Shown: positions 1-8,624 of the stretch, piece after piece
Layout of the letters: the number at the start of each line of letters is the position of its first letter
Numbering within the stretch: position 1 is the stretch's first letter
The notes under the pieces: model-generated
What the model was told of the DNA's origin: nothing
Seen by the model: only the letters and a program-made list of their open reading frames with translations
The model's database searches: none
Program-made: the position numbers and the translations under genes
Origin: Candidatus Sulfobium sp.
GTDB lineage: Bacteria > Nitrospirota > Thermodesulfovibrionia > Thermodesulfovibrionales > UBA6898
Direction of reading: 5' to 3'
DNA: 15,407 bases
NCBI GenBank assembly: GCA_037380845.1
Contig: JARRRI010000066.1
Coordinates: 1 to 15,407 of the forward strand

Positions 1-1
1 C

Positions 2-757
2 CTGAAAAAGAAAAAAATAGACATCGCCTTTATCGCCCTTCACGGCGGGCACGGCGAAAACGGCGCCCTGCAAGGGTTGCTGGAGGTCATGGACATACCA
101 TATACCGGGTCGGGCATACTGGCATCCGCCCTGGCAATGGACAAAGAGGCCTCAAAGAAGGTGTTTCACTATCACGGACTTCCGGTGGCCCCGTTCAGGA
201 TAGTGAGGAGTGGGGAGTCAGGAGCCAGGGCCGTTCGGTTGCCGTTTCCTCTTCCCTGGGTGGTAAAACCGGTCTCCGAAGGCTCAAGTGTCGGCGTCGA
301 GATCGTGAAGAGCCGTTCATCCCTGAAGGCGGCCATGAAAAGGGCTTCTTCTTACGGTGACAGGGTGATCGTGGAGAAATTTATCGAAGGCAGGGAAGTG
401 CAGATAGGCATACTGAACGACAAAGTCCTCGGCGGTGTAGAGGTAAGGCCGTCTTTGGAATTTTACAGCTACGAGGCAAAATATACGGCCGGAATGACGG
501 AATATATCCTCCCCCCAAAGCTGGGCAGGGGGATTTACGAAAGGGCAAAAAGGGTGGCTTTTGCGGCCCACAATGCGCTTTGCTGCAGCGGAGCAACAAG
601 GGTCGACCTGATTATCGACAGGGAAGGAAACCCCTATGTTCTGGAAGTTAACACTATTCCCGGCATGACAGAGACAAGCCTTCTGCCAAAGATTGCACTG
701 ACGGCGGGCCTTTCTTTTCACTCGCTTCTGGAAGAAATATTGGGGGACGTAAAATGA
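2..757 (+). CDS. ddl: D-alanine--D-alanine ligase (5'-truncated by window edge)
   Basis: The frame is open from base 2 ([28 protein letters not shown]...). Ddl motifs ALHGxxGE, PYTGSG, MDK, VVKP..EGSSVGV, YSYEAKY and [15 protein letters not shown] are present. It lies upstream of ftsQAZ. Confidence 0.97.
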   Translation: MKKKKIDIAFIALHGGHGENGALQGLLEVMDIPYTGSGILASALAMDKEASKKVFHYHGLPVAPFRIVRSGESGARAVRLPFPLPWVVKPVSEGSSVGVEIVKSRSSLKAAMKRASSYGDRVIVEKFIEGREVQIGILNDKVLGGVEVRPSLEFYSYEAKYTAGMTEYILPPKLGRGIYERAKRVAFAAHNALCCSGATRVDLIIDREGNPYVLEVNTIPGMTETSLLPKIALTAGLSFHSLLEEILGDVK

Positions 758-764
758 GGCTGCT

Positions 765-867
765 CGTCATGTCGGCAAAGCCCGCCCCCGAAGTTTCCGG
801 CCGGCAAGCGGACATCCGGGGTCTCTCAGGAAAGAATAGACTCCCGATTAATACCCCGGGAATGACG
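765..867. repeat. REP-like palindromic element, GTCAT..ATGAC family, degenerate copy with nested insert
   Basis: cgtcatgtcg...cggacatcc...tagactcccgattaataccccgggaatgacg. It has the same terminal motifs as 6888-6969 and 9803-9924. Confidence 0.65.
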
Positions 868-923
868 GACAGGCATTTTCAGGTCGTGACGGCATGTAAT
901 CCCGGTGAGGAATCGACAGAGAC

Positions 924-1703
924 GTGATGAAGAACCAGAGAATGAAGAAAAAAAGGGCGGGACTCAGGAAGAACAGTCTGGCCCATCCTCTGGCCAGGAT
1001 AGGGAAAACAGTCCTTGTCCTGCTGCCGGTTGCAGCCTTCGCTATAACAGTTTATTTCATATACACGGAGGCCCAGTCGGCTTTTCCCCTTCGTGAGATT
1101 ACTTTTGTCGGCAATACTCACCTCACTGACGAAGAACTGAAGGACCTCGCCGGGCTGAAAGAAGGCGAAAACATCTTTACCCTGTCGAGCGGGGAAGTAT
1201 ACGAAAAGATGATGAAGTCTCCCTGGATAAGGTCCGTAATGATCAGGAAGGAGTTGCCTGACAGGCTCCGCATCGTGGTCACGGAAGCCGAGCCTTTCGC
1301 TCTTGTGGACATGAAGAGACACGTTTTCATCGTCGATGACAGAGGCAAACTGCTGGAAGAGCTTAAGAACAGCCCGATACCTTTCCTGCCGGTGATAACG
1401 GGCAACCCTTTCGAAGAGAAAGAGGTCTTTCTCGATGCCATCCGCCTTGCGAAAGCTATAAAAAAGACCGGCCTTCTCCTGGAAAAAGACCATGTGGAGA
1501 TCATCGCCCATGAGGCGGAGGAACTTGCGGTGAACCTTGACGGTACACTGGTAAAGGTCGGCACGGGGGATTATGAGGGGAAGCTGGAAAGACTGATGGG
1601 TCTGGAAGACGAGATAAAGAGGAGGGGCATCCCCGTCGATTATATAGACCTCAGGTTCGCAAACAGGGTCGTGGTAAAGACCGTGCACGAGGTGGTCAGG
1701 TGA
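924..1703 (+). CDS. ftsQ: Cell division protein FtsQ/DivIB
   Basis: Basic N-terminus, a single TM helix, a POTRA-like segment (ITFVGNTHL...PWIRSVMIRKELPDRLRIVVTE) and C-terminal YIDLRF. It sits between ddl and ftsA, with a GTGA overlap with ftsA. Confidence 0.93.
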   Translation: MMKNQRMKKKRAGLRKNSLAHPLARIGKTVLVLLPVAAFAITVYFIYTEAQSAFPLREITFVGNTHLTDEELKDLAGLKEGENIFTLSSGEVYEKMMKSPWIRSVMIRKELPDRLRIVVTEAEPFALVDMKRHVFIVDDRGKLLEELKNSPIPFLPVITGNPFEEKEVFLDAIRLAKAIKKTGLLLEKDHVEIIAHEAEELAVNLDGTLVKVGTGDYEGKLERLMGLEDEIKRRGIPVDYIDLRFANRVVVKTVHEVVR

Positions 1704-2974
1704 TAGGGCATCCGATTGCAGTAGGCCTGGATGTGGGAACATCGAAGGTTTGCGCCGTAGCAGTGAAACTGGGGCCTGCGGGGGCCAGTATTATAGGTAT
1801 TGGCACCGCCGCCTCCACAGGACTGAGAAAGGGAATGATCATTAATGTGGATGCCACCGTCGATTCCATAAAAAGTGCCGTCAGAGAAACGGAATCTTCG
1901 TCCGGAATAAAGATAAAAGCCGTTTCCGTGGGTATTTCCGGCGCCCACATAAGGGTGCAGGGGAGTTCCGGGGCGACAGGCATAAGAGGAGCAGAGGTCG
2001 CAGAATCGGACATCGAACGTGCCCTGGATTCGGCAAGAGCGGTATATTTCCCACTCGACAGGGAGGTGCTCCACGTAATCCCGGAGGAGTATGGGCTTGA
2101 CGGGCAGGACGGCATTGCAGACCCATCCGGCATGGTCGGCGTAAGACTCGAAGCAAGGGTGCGCATAATCACCGGTGGAATAGCGGCAATCCGGAACCTT
2201 CTCAATTGCTGCGAAAGGGCCGGCGTCGAGGTCGCGGAGATTGTCTTCGGGCCCCTCGCCTCGGCAGCGTCCTGCCTGAGGCGAGACGAAAGGGACCACG
2301 GGGTCATTCTGCTCGACATCGGGGGAGGGACTTCCGACTTCGCGCTCTTCAGTAACGGCAGCCTGCGACATGCCGCCGTTTTCGGAATGGGAGGCAACCA
2401 CATAACACAGGACCTGGCAGTGGGCCTCAAGGTCGGCATTTCCGAGGCTGAAAGGATAAAAAAGGCATGGGGGAAGGCCTTTTCCGGCGGATGCCCCGAT
2501 TCTGAAGAGATAGAGATCAGAAGGTCCGGGGGACATATCGACAAACTGCCGAAGAGATATATCCCGGAGATCATACAGCCCCGGTGCGAGGAAATGCTGG
2601 AAGTGGTCAGGGCGGAAATAAAAAAGTGTTCGGGGTATGACAAGGCGGTCTCCGGCGTCGTTCTCACGGGCGGCACATGCCTCTTGCCGGGGTTCGACAG
2701 GCTGTCCGAGGCGGTCCTCGGTCTGCCCGTCAGGATCGGCGTCCCCCTGGATACGGGGAGTGCAAAAGCGGCGGTTGAGAGTCCCGTTTATGCCGCCGGC
2801 GTCGGACTTGCGACCCTCGATTATGAACCGGATCCGACGGAAACAGTTTATGCGGATATGATGAAGAGCGTTCTGGTACGGATGAAAGACTGGACAAAAA
2901 ATATTCTGAAATATACGGACCTGAATACAAACAGAAAGAAAGGGGGTATGTTATGTTTGAAATTGAAGAAGTAA
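1700..2974 (+). CDS. ftsA: Cell division protein FtsA
   Basis: Actin-like motifs GLDVGTSKV, LLDIGGGTSD, GGNHITQDLA, AERIKK and VVLTGG, plus a C-terminal amphipathic segment VLVRMKDWTKNIL. Confidence 0.97.
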   Translation: MIGHPIAVGLDVGTSKVCAVAVKLGPAGASIIGIGTAASTGLRKGMIINVDATVDSIKSAVRETESSSGIKIKAVSVGISGAHIRVQGSSGATGIRGAEVAESDIERALDSARAVYFPLDREVLHVIPEEYGLDGQDGIADPSGMVGVRLEARVRIITGGIAAIRNLLNCCERAGVEVAEIVFGPLASAASCLRRDERDHGVILLDIGGGTSDFALFSNGSLRHAAVFGMGGNHITQDLAVGLKVGISEAERIKKAWGKAFSGGCPDSEEIEIRRSGGHIDKLPKRYIPEIIQPRCEEMLEVVRAEIKKCSGYDKAVSGVVLTGGTCLLPGFDRLSEAVLGLPVRIGVPLDTGSAKAAVESPVYAAGVGLATLDYEPDPTETVYADMMKSVLVRMKDWTKNILKYTDLNTNRKKGGMLCLKLKK

Positions 2975-4110
2975 GGGGCCAGAAGGCAAGAATCAAGGTA
3001 ATAGGTGTCGGCGGCGCGGGCGGAAACGCGGTCAACAATATGATCGCTTCAACGCTGCAGGGAGTCGAATTCATCGCCGTCAACACCGATCTCCAGGTCC
3101 TCGAAACCTCTCTGGCGCCGAAGAAGGTCCAGATAGGCCGGGAACTCACGCGCGGGTTGGGTGCGGGTTCGAATCCGGAGGTCGGAAGACAGGCCGCCCT
3201 GGAAGACAAAACGGCGGTCATGGACTGTATGGACGGCTGTGACATGGTCTTTATCACGGCCGGCATGGGAGGCGGCACAGGTACGGGTGCGGCGCCGGTG
3301 ATAGCGGACATCGCAAGGGAGCTCGGAATTCTCACGGTGGCCGTGGTCACAAAGCCATTTTTCTACGAAGGGAAGAAGAGGCTATTGAACGCCGAGGAGG
3401 GAATAAGGGAACTCGCCGGGAACGTCGACACCCTCATCGTCATTCCCAACGACCGGATAAGCCTCGTGGTCGAAAAGGGCACACCCATGCTCAAGTCCTT
3501 CGCTATAGCGAACGATGTCCTCAGGCAGGCCGTTCAGGGCATATCGGATATCATAGTCGTGCCCGGACTTATCAATGTCGATTTCGCAGACGTGAAGACA
3601 ATAATGGAGAATATGGGACGGGCTGTGATGGGGGCCGGCTCGGGCAAGGGTGAAGGCGGCGCGCTTGAAGCCGCCAAGAAGGCGATATCGAATCCTCTCC
3701 TTGAAGAATCTTCCATTGACGGCGCAAGGGGCATACTGATAAATATCACGGGCGGACTCGAACTCTCCCTCAGCGAGGTGCAGGAAGCGACCGCCCTGAT
3801 TTACGACTCGGCCCACGAGGACGTCAATGTAATCTTCGGGGCCGTCATCGATCCTGACATCAGCGACGAAGTGAGGGTCACAGTCATCGCCACCGGATTC
3901 GAGGAAAAGAGAGAAAAGGCGGAACTCCCCCAAATCAGAAAGTGGACACCGGTAAGGGAACCCGTTAGTCTTAGAGGCTCCGAAAGGTTTCTCTCAAAAA
4001 GCCTCGGGGGCGGAGACGAAGCAAATACTGCAAGGCTTGATTCCATTAATTACGAAGAAGCCATAGATATGCCGGCTTTTCTCAGAAGGGCCGCCCAAAA
4101 GGAACTCTGA
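2953..4110 (+). CDS. ftsZ: Cell division GTPase FtsZ
   Basis: IKVIGVGGAGGNAVN, tubulin signature GMGGGTGTGAAP, INVDFADVK and C-terminal core DMPAFLRR. Confidence 0.99.
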   Translation: MFEIEEVRGQKARIKVIGVGGAGGNAVNNMIASTLQGVEFIAVNTDLQVLETSLAPKKVQIGRELTRGLGAGSNPEVGRQAALEDKTAVMDCMDGCDMVFITAGMGGGTGTGAAPVIADIARELGILTVAVVTKPFFYEGKKRLLNAEEGIRELAGNVDTLIVIPNDRISLVVEKGTPMLKSFAIANDVLRQAVQGISDIIVVPGLINVDFADVKTIMENMGRAVMGAGSGKGEGGALEAAKKAISNPLLEESSIDGARGILINITGGLELSLSEVQEATALIYDSAHEDVNVIFGAVIDPDISDEVRVTVIATGFEEKREKAELPQIRKWTPVREPVSLRGSERFLSKSLGGGDEANTARLDSINYEEAIDMPAFLRRAAQKEL

Positions 4111-4119
4111 TTTCCCCCT

Positions 4120-4167
4120 GAGGGACTTCCTTCCCCCACTAATAAGGAAGTCCCTCCCCTCCTTTTT
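4120..4167 (+). terminator. Probable intrinsic terminator of the dcw operon
   Basis: Perfect 13-bp stem gagggacttcctt (4120-4132) / aaggaagtccctc (4144-4156) starting 10 nt after the ftsZ stop, with a T-run at 4163-4167. Confidence 0.7.
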
Positions 4168-4210
4168 GAACCGTTTGAATCCTTTGAACCCCTTGAACTG
4201 TTTGAACTGT
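4166..4210. repeat. Tandem array of five 9-bp units (TTGAAnnnn)
   Basis: ttgaaccgt ttgaatcct ttgaacccc ttgaactgt ttgaactgt. Confidence 0.9.
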
Positions 4211-4223
4211 TTCTTTGTCCGGT

Positions 4224-4251
4224 TTGACAATACGGCGAATTCAGGTATAAT
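4224..4251 (+). promoter_or_regulatory. Sigma70 promoter, perfect consensus hexamers
   Basis: TTGACA (4224-4229), 16-nt spacer, TATAAT (4246-4251), about 85 nt upstream of the ATG at 4337. Confidence 0.85.
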
Positions 4252-4336
4252 GTTATACAGTTATGGTTGGTACGTATCGCCTCAGACTGAATATATACGG
4301 ACAATCTGTCGACTATTTCAAACCCGGGGTTATCGT

Positions 4337-4903
4337 ATGCAAGTCGATGACGAAAGCATAAAGGGCCCTTCACTCGGAGACCCCGCCCCGTTCATCGAAG
4401 CCATCGCTTTAAAGAAGACCCGCAAACGTGATTCCGGGAGCGGATGGACTATTCTTATTTCTCATCCGCAGGACCTGTTGCCCTTGTTCAAGACGAGAAC
4501 GATCAACTACGTACTCTGCAAGAGAAAGATAAGGATTGTAATGACCGGAAGCGGCAGTTCGGACAACGGAGCCTCTGACAACAGATTCCTTACAAAATAC
4601 ATCACGCGGCATAACATGGCATTTCTGGATGACCCCGACGGTAGAATTTCGTCCAGCTACGGACTGGGCGAATACGGAGCTAACGGGGACGTCAAAGGTG
4701 TCTTCGTTATCGACCCCGGGGGAATCTTGAGGATGAAACTGTACTTCGACCCCGGTCAGCCCAGAAATTTTTACGAAATTCTTAAGCTCGTGGACGCCCT
4801 CCAGGAAGCCGACAGGCAGAAGAGGAACAAACCTGCCTCCGGTGCCTGGAAGCGCCGGTTGAGTATTATAAGCAGGCCCGGCACCGTGCCGGAAGAAGGA
4901 TAG
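4337..4903 (+). CDS. Peroxiredoxin (Prx6/1-Cys/AhpC)-fold protein lacking the peroxidatic Cys
   Basis: Prx landmarks LGDPAP, WTILISHPQD, D.DGRISSSYG, VFVIDPGGILR and RNFYEILKLVDALQ. The ORF-track start at 4166 lies upstream of the promoter, so ATG 4337 is preferred. Confidence 0.75.
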   Translation: MQVDDESIKGPSLGDPAPFIEAIALKKTRKRDSGSGWTILISHPQDLLPLFKTRTINYVLCKRKIRIVMTGSGSSDNGASDNRFLTKYITRHNMAFLDDPDGRISSSYGLGEYGANGDVKGVFVIDPGGILRMKLYFDPGQPRNFYEILKLVDALQEADRQKRNKPASGAWKRRLSIISRPGTVPEEG

Positions 4904-4982
4904 GACAGTCCTTTTACACTACCCTCTCCTGACAGCTTGTCTTTGCTTTCCTTTGTTTTCTCTGTGAAACTGTAACCCGCAG

Positions 4983-6722
4983 TCAAGGGTAAGATGTGTT
5001 TACATGCGTCACGTCACCGGTTGACGTATGGCAGATAAGCGTACAGCTGCCCGAGAATGTCCCGGTATCGGTAAAGGTCGGGTACGTTTGACCCGATATG
5101 GGCGATACATAGCGAGTATCGAAGTTTATGAGGTTGGTATGGTCGCCCGTTCCGGGCGTATTCACTATCCCATGAGGATCATGGCAGACCGAACAGGGGA
5201 CGTTTGCCGCCAGATGTCCGCTGTGTCCTCCTTTCATTGTCGTCATGTTCTTCTGGAAACTTACATCGCTCAAGATACTGTCCCGACTGTGGCATCTGTA
5301 ACAGAGCGCGTAACTTTGGAAGCTCTCAGGGGTGTTCATCGTCGTCTCATACTCATCTCTGAGTATGGGAGCATACTTCGATCCGTGAGGTCCGCTGGAA
5401 ACGCTGTCGTCGTCCGCATGGCAGTCCGTACACTTTATAATGCTGGACAAATTGAGAGTCGGCATGAGGGTCGAAGGGATGCTCGGGACCTGCACATTGA
5501 CTCCGATTCCCTCGACGGGATGAAATGACGTGTTTAGCAGATCGAACGCTGACTGCATATTGGTATTGCTCACAACACGGGGGATAAACGGGACCATCTG
5601 GTTCAGATCGGCGTGGCACTTGAAACATATTTGATACTCATATGTCGCGGGTATGGCAGCGGTCCGGTTCTTGTCCATGCCGCTCACGTTTTCGGTCATT
5701 CCCGAGACTCCTCCCACATCGGTCTGAGGCGAAGGGGTTGCGTTCACAGAGTGTGCATTATGGCAGTCCACGCACTCCACGTGACGGCCGGTGATAGCAG
5801 TCGGGGACTCATTCGGCTGATGGACACCGGTAGTAATCTCGACCGGGTGCCTCGATGCCTTTTGAAACTGTGAATAGATATTTTTCTGCGCTACAGTACC
5901 GTTATGACAGTCAAAGCAGTTCTTCTCCTCTTCCTGATAGCGAAGAAGTCTGACCGGCCCGCCCGCGTTATGCATCACGTGACAGCTCTCGCAGCCGTAA
6001 TCCGCAACGGTTGTCCAGTGCGTCCATTCCATTCCTGGAAATGGGACAGGCAGGGTTTTGAGAGAATTCCTGTGCGCAGACAACTCCCAGCCGGGAACAG
6101 CGTGACATGCGACGCACAACGCGGACTCCCTGTTATCCATGACGAGAAACATGCCGTAGGTATTGTCATGCGGATCATGACATGTGGAGCACTCAATAAA
6201 GCCCTGTCCGTAGAGAGTAAGGTTCGCCGGCGGAACCGCCCTGATCCCGGGATCGGATGTCGCGGCATAGTACGAGAATGAGATAGGATGGTCGGCGGCG
6301 AGGGACCCAATATAGGAAGGGAGGCCCGGCGTAATCGCTCCCGCCATGGTTATCCCCCTGGAAGGATTGAGCACAGTACCGAGGGCTATGGTCCCGTCAT
6401 GACAGCTGAGGCAAAGCCTTGAAGGCCCGCTGGGCTGGGAGACCCCGGCGACCATTGTACCGCTCTGATAGAGTTCGTAGCTCTTTGCCGAGACTGTCTT
6501 GTTCCACAGCGGTGTCCGCGGCGCAGCATTATGCGGAGTATGACAGAAGATGCATATTCTCGTTTCAGTCAGGGCCTTGATGGGTCCGGGTCCCGTTACC
6601 GACAGGTTATGTTTCGTCATGTTGATTCCGGTCTTAACCTGGGCTGCGCCCGGCCGGCCGAAAAAGAAACCGCACATAACAAGGGCTACGCATACTGTGT
6701 ACTTATATTTATGCACAAGCAT
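4983..6722 (-). CDS. Exported multiheme cytochrome c (11 CxxCH + 1 CxxxCH) with an N-terminal OmcE-like tetraheme module
   Basis: Heme motifs CIFCH, CLSCH, CSTCH, CVACH, CESCH, CFDCH, CVDCH, CFKCH, CTDCH, CYRCH, CSVCH and CTLICH. There is a signal-peptide-like N-terminus from ATG 6722; the upstream extension to 6791 runs through a repeat. Confidence 0.93.
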   Translation of the reverse strand: MLVHKYKYTVCVALVMCGFFFGRPGAAQVKTGINMTKHNLSVTGPGPIKALTETRICIFCHTPHNAAPRTPLWNKTVSAKSYELYQSGTMVAGVSQPSGPSRLCLSCHDGTIALGTVLNPSRGITMAGAITPGLPSYIGSLAADHPISFSYYAATSDPGIRAVPPANLTLYGQGFIECSTCHDPHDNTYGMFLVMDNRESALCVACHAVPGWELSAHRNSLKTLPVPFPGMEWTHWTTVADYGCESCHVMHNAGGPVRLLRYQEEEKNCFDCHNGTVAQKNIYSQFQKASRHPVEITTGVHQPNESPTAITGRHVECVDCHNAHSVNATPSPQTDVGGVSGMTENVSGMDKNRTAAIPATYEYQICFKCHADLNQMVPFIPRVVSNTNMQSAFDLLNTSFHPVEGIGVNVQVPSIPSTLMPTLNLSSIIKCTDCHADDDSVSSGPHGSKYAPILRDEYETTMNTPESFQSYALCYRCHSRDSILSDVSFQKNMTTMKGGHSGHLAANVPCSVCHDPHGIVNTPGTGDHTNLINFDTRYVSPISGQTYPTFTDTGTFSGSCTLICHTSTGDVTHVNTSYP

Positions 6723-6728
6723 CTTTAT

Positions 6729-6759
6729 TATTTCACCACAGAGACGCAGAGCGCGCAGA
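6729..6759. repeat. CACCGCAGAGACGCAGAG-family repeat, single copy
   Basis: tatttcaccacagagacgcagagcgcgcaga, near-identical to 12139-12170. Confidence 0.85.
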
Positions 6760-6887
6760 TAGTTAACATTACAGCTGCAAAAAGATTGCAAATGAACAGC
6801 CAGAAATGCCTAATTGGCTGGCTTTTAAGCCTCTCAACGCACCTAATGCCGAAGGGTACCGAATGTTGTCCCAAGGTCAAGCCCCTT

Positions 6888-6969
6888 TTCGTCATGCCCG
6901 AGGTTCTTAGTCGGGCATCCAGTCTCTCTGAAAACTTGGATCCCCGATTGCTACCTCGGGAATGACGAA
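6888..6969. repeat. REP-like doublet, GTCAT..ATGAC family, intact copy
   Basis: ttcgtcatgcccga-N9-tcgggcatcca ... tggatccccga-N8-tcgggaatgacgaa: two small palindromes in inverted orientation. Confidence 0.85.
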
Positions 6970-7037
6970 CTTGAAATGCGGGCAACTTATGCACCCCTGG
7001 GGTATATCTGCTCCGCGCCTCTACGGCAAACATATCA

Positions 7038-8096
7038 TTAATGTTCTTCTGTACGTTCCGGTTCACTGCCGTTCCCAAGGATCTGGAAAACCTGGATCCG
7101 CTGGTTATAAGTGTCGCATACGTAAAGTCTGTCACTGCCGTCAATAAATATTCCAGAGGGAAGCCAGAATTCGCCTCCTCCTGTCCCCCTGCTGCCGAGA
7201 GTAAGAAGGAACTCTCCCTGCTCGTTGAACAACTGGACATTGTCAAAGAGCCTGTCGACAACATAAATAATCCCTCTTTTGTCGGCCGCAACGCCCTTCG
7301 GCATTGAAAAGTCGCCCGAACCGTCACCGTGATGGCCGACAGAGGCAAGGAAACCACCCGAAGAGTTGAATATCTCAACCCTGAAATTCATGGCATCGGT
7401 CACATAAATCTTGCCCGGCTCGGTCCAGAATATGTTGGTAGGAAAGTTAAAATCGCCGCCCTTTGTTCCCCTCCCGCCGAAAACGAAAACGGCATCCCTG
7501 TTGCGGAAGGCATACACCTTGTTTTCCAGGGTATCGACAACATAGAGAAGCTTCCTGGCACTGTTGTAAGCCAAACCGGTCGGCCTCTTCAATCCGACCA
7601 TGAAGGCTTCTTTGATATGATAGAGAAAATTGCCCTCCTTGTCGAAGACCATTACCTCACGCCTGGCCGAATCCGAGACATAGAGGCGCGACTGGTCACC
7701 GAATACCACCGAAACAGGAGAGACCATCTCCGTGTCATTGACGGCGGACAGCTCCTTATACTTCGCTTCAGAAGGAATATACAGATGCACGCACCGACAT
7801 CCCGGGTCCGCGACCGCAATCCTTCCGTCGGCAGCCGTGGCCACCTCGACCGGACGCCTGAATTTTACCTCCTCTTTTCCGAATATGGCGGTTCTGACAG
7901 AGCCTCCTGTCTCCCTGAACCCCGTCAGCGTCTCTATATGCTGCAGCCTGCCTTTCTGAGGGGCCGACGGCCACACTGTCCGGCTCTCCAGGGGCTGTTG
8001 AACCACTGCCCATTTAGCCGCACATCCGGACAAGAACAAAGCCGCGGCGCAAAGCGCACTCAAAATGAAAAAAGGGCCGCCTGTACGGCAGTTCAT
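7038..8096 (-). CDS. NHL-repeat (6-bladed beta-propeller) lipoprotein
   Basis: Lipobox LSGC after a hydrophobic stretch. Repeated F/L-x-x-P-x-G/x-(V/I/L) blades with IYVxD and RVQxF motifs. A G-rich RBS precedes ATG 8096; an alternative start is at 8147. Confidence 0.9.
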   Translation of the reverse strand: MNCRTGGPFFILSALCAAALFLSGCAAKWAVVQQPLESRTVWPSAPQKGRLQHIETLTGFRETGGSVRTAIFGKEEVKFRRPVEVATAADGRIAVADPGCRCVHLYIPSEAKYKELSAVNDTEMVSPVSVVFGDQSRLYVSDSARREVMVFDKEGNFLYHIKEAFMVGLKRPTGLAYNSARKLLYVVDTLENKVYAFRNRDAVFVFGGRGTKGGDFNFPTNIFWTEPGKIYVTDAMNFRVEIFNSSGGFLASVGHHGDGSGDFSMPKGVAADKRGIIYVVDRLFDNVQLFNEQGEFLLTLGSRGTGGGEFWLPSGIFIDGSDRLYVCDTYNQRIQVFQILGNGSEPERTEEH

Positions 8097-8159
8097 AAAG
8101 TTCCACCCCCTCGGCGGAAATTTATAATTAGTTCTTCCGGCGTTCATGTGGCTGTGTCT

Positions 8160-8549
8160 TTATTCCTCCCCTTTGGCAAAGGGGAGGTTAGGAGGGGTTA
8201 CTTCCAAAAACAATTTATTCAGAACACCCTGCATGTCGAGTAACACTTCATTATCCCAAAACCTTATTACTTCAATCCCCTTTGCCCTCAAATATTCTGA
8301 ACGAAACTCATCATATTCCTTGTTCTCGCTCTGATTGTGCTGCCCACCGTCTAATTCTCCGGCAAGCTTCACCGCCGGATAATAGAAGTCCAAAATATAT
8401 GGGCCTAAACTGTATTGACGAAAAAACCTCATCCCATTAAAATTTTTATTTCGCACCTGTGTCCAGAAAATTTTTTCAGCATCAGTCTGATCCCGTCTTA
8501 ACTCTCGTCGCCTTTGCTTTAATTGTGGATCATTTCTCAAAAACTTCAT
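8160..8549 (-). CDS. DUF559 / Vsr-like endonuclease-domain protein
   Basis: RELRRDQTDAEKIFW, FFRQYSLGPYILDFY, ELDGGQH and IEVIRFWDNEV match the DUF559 pattern. The gene is visibly AT-richer than its neighbours. Confidence 0.9.
   Translation of the reverse strand: MKFLRNDPQLKQRRRELRRDQTDAEKIFWTQVRNKNFNGMRFFRQYSLGPYILDFYYPAVKLAGELDGGQHNQSENKEYDEFRSEYLRAKGIEVIRFWDNEVLLDMQGVLNKLFLEVTPPNLPFAKGEE
8162..8199. repeat. C/G-rich palindromic repeat at the DUF559 3' end
   Basis: cctcccctttggcaaaggggagg hairpin followed by ttaggaggggtt. It encodes the terminal residues TPPNLPFAKGEE. Confidence 0.8.
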
Positions 8550-8587
8550 AACGCCCCCTGCCCCCTCTTAACTTAGGAGGGGGGTAA
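8550..8587. repeat. C/G-rich palindromic repeat at the DUF559 5' end, inverted relative to 8162-8199
   Basis: aacgccccctg-ccccctctt-aactt-aggagggggg-taa, the same architecture as the reverse complement of 8162-8199. Confidence 0.75.
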
Positions 8588-8624
8588 CTTCCACACAAAA
8601 GCCGGAAGAACCTTATAATTAATC

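Noticed and set aside
879..3933. Long minus-strand ORFs (879-1742, 1640-2536, 1696-2676, 2730-3350, 3382-3933)
   Set aside because: Antisense shadows of ftsQ/ftsA/ftsZ with no recognisable motifs.
4166..4336. N-terminal extension of the Prx-like ORF (MNRLNPLNPLNCLNC...)
   Set aside because: It is a translation of the 9-bp repeat and promoter region, and lies upstream of or across the predicted transcription start.
6723..6791. Extended start of the 12-heme cytochrome at 6791
   Set aside because: The extension (LRALRLCGE) is translated repeat sequence. The signal peptide begins at ATG 6722.
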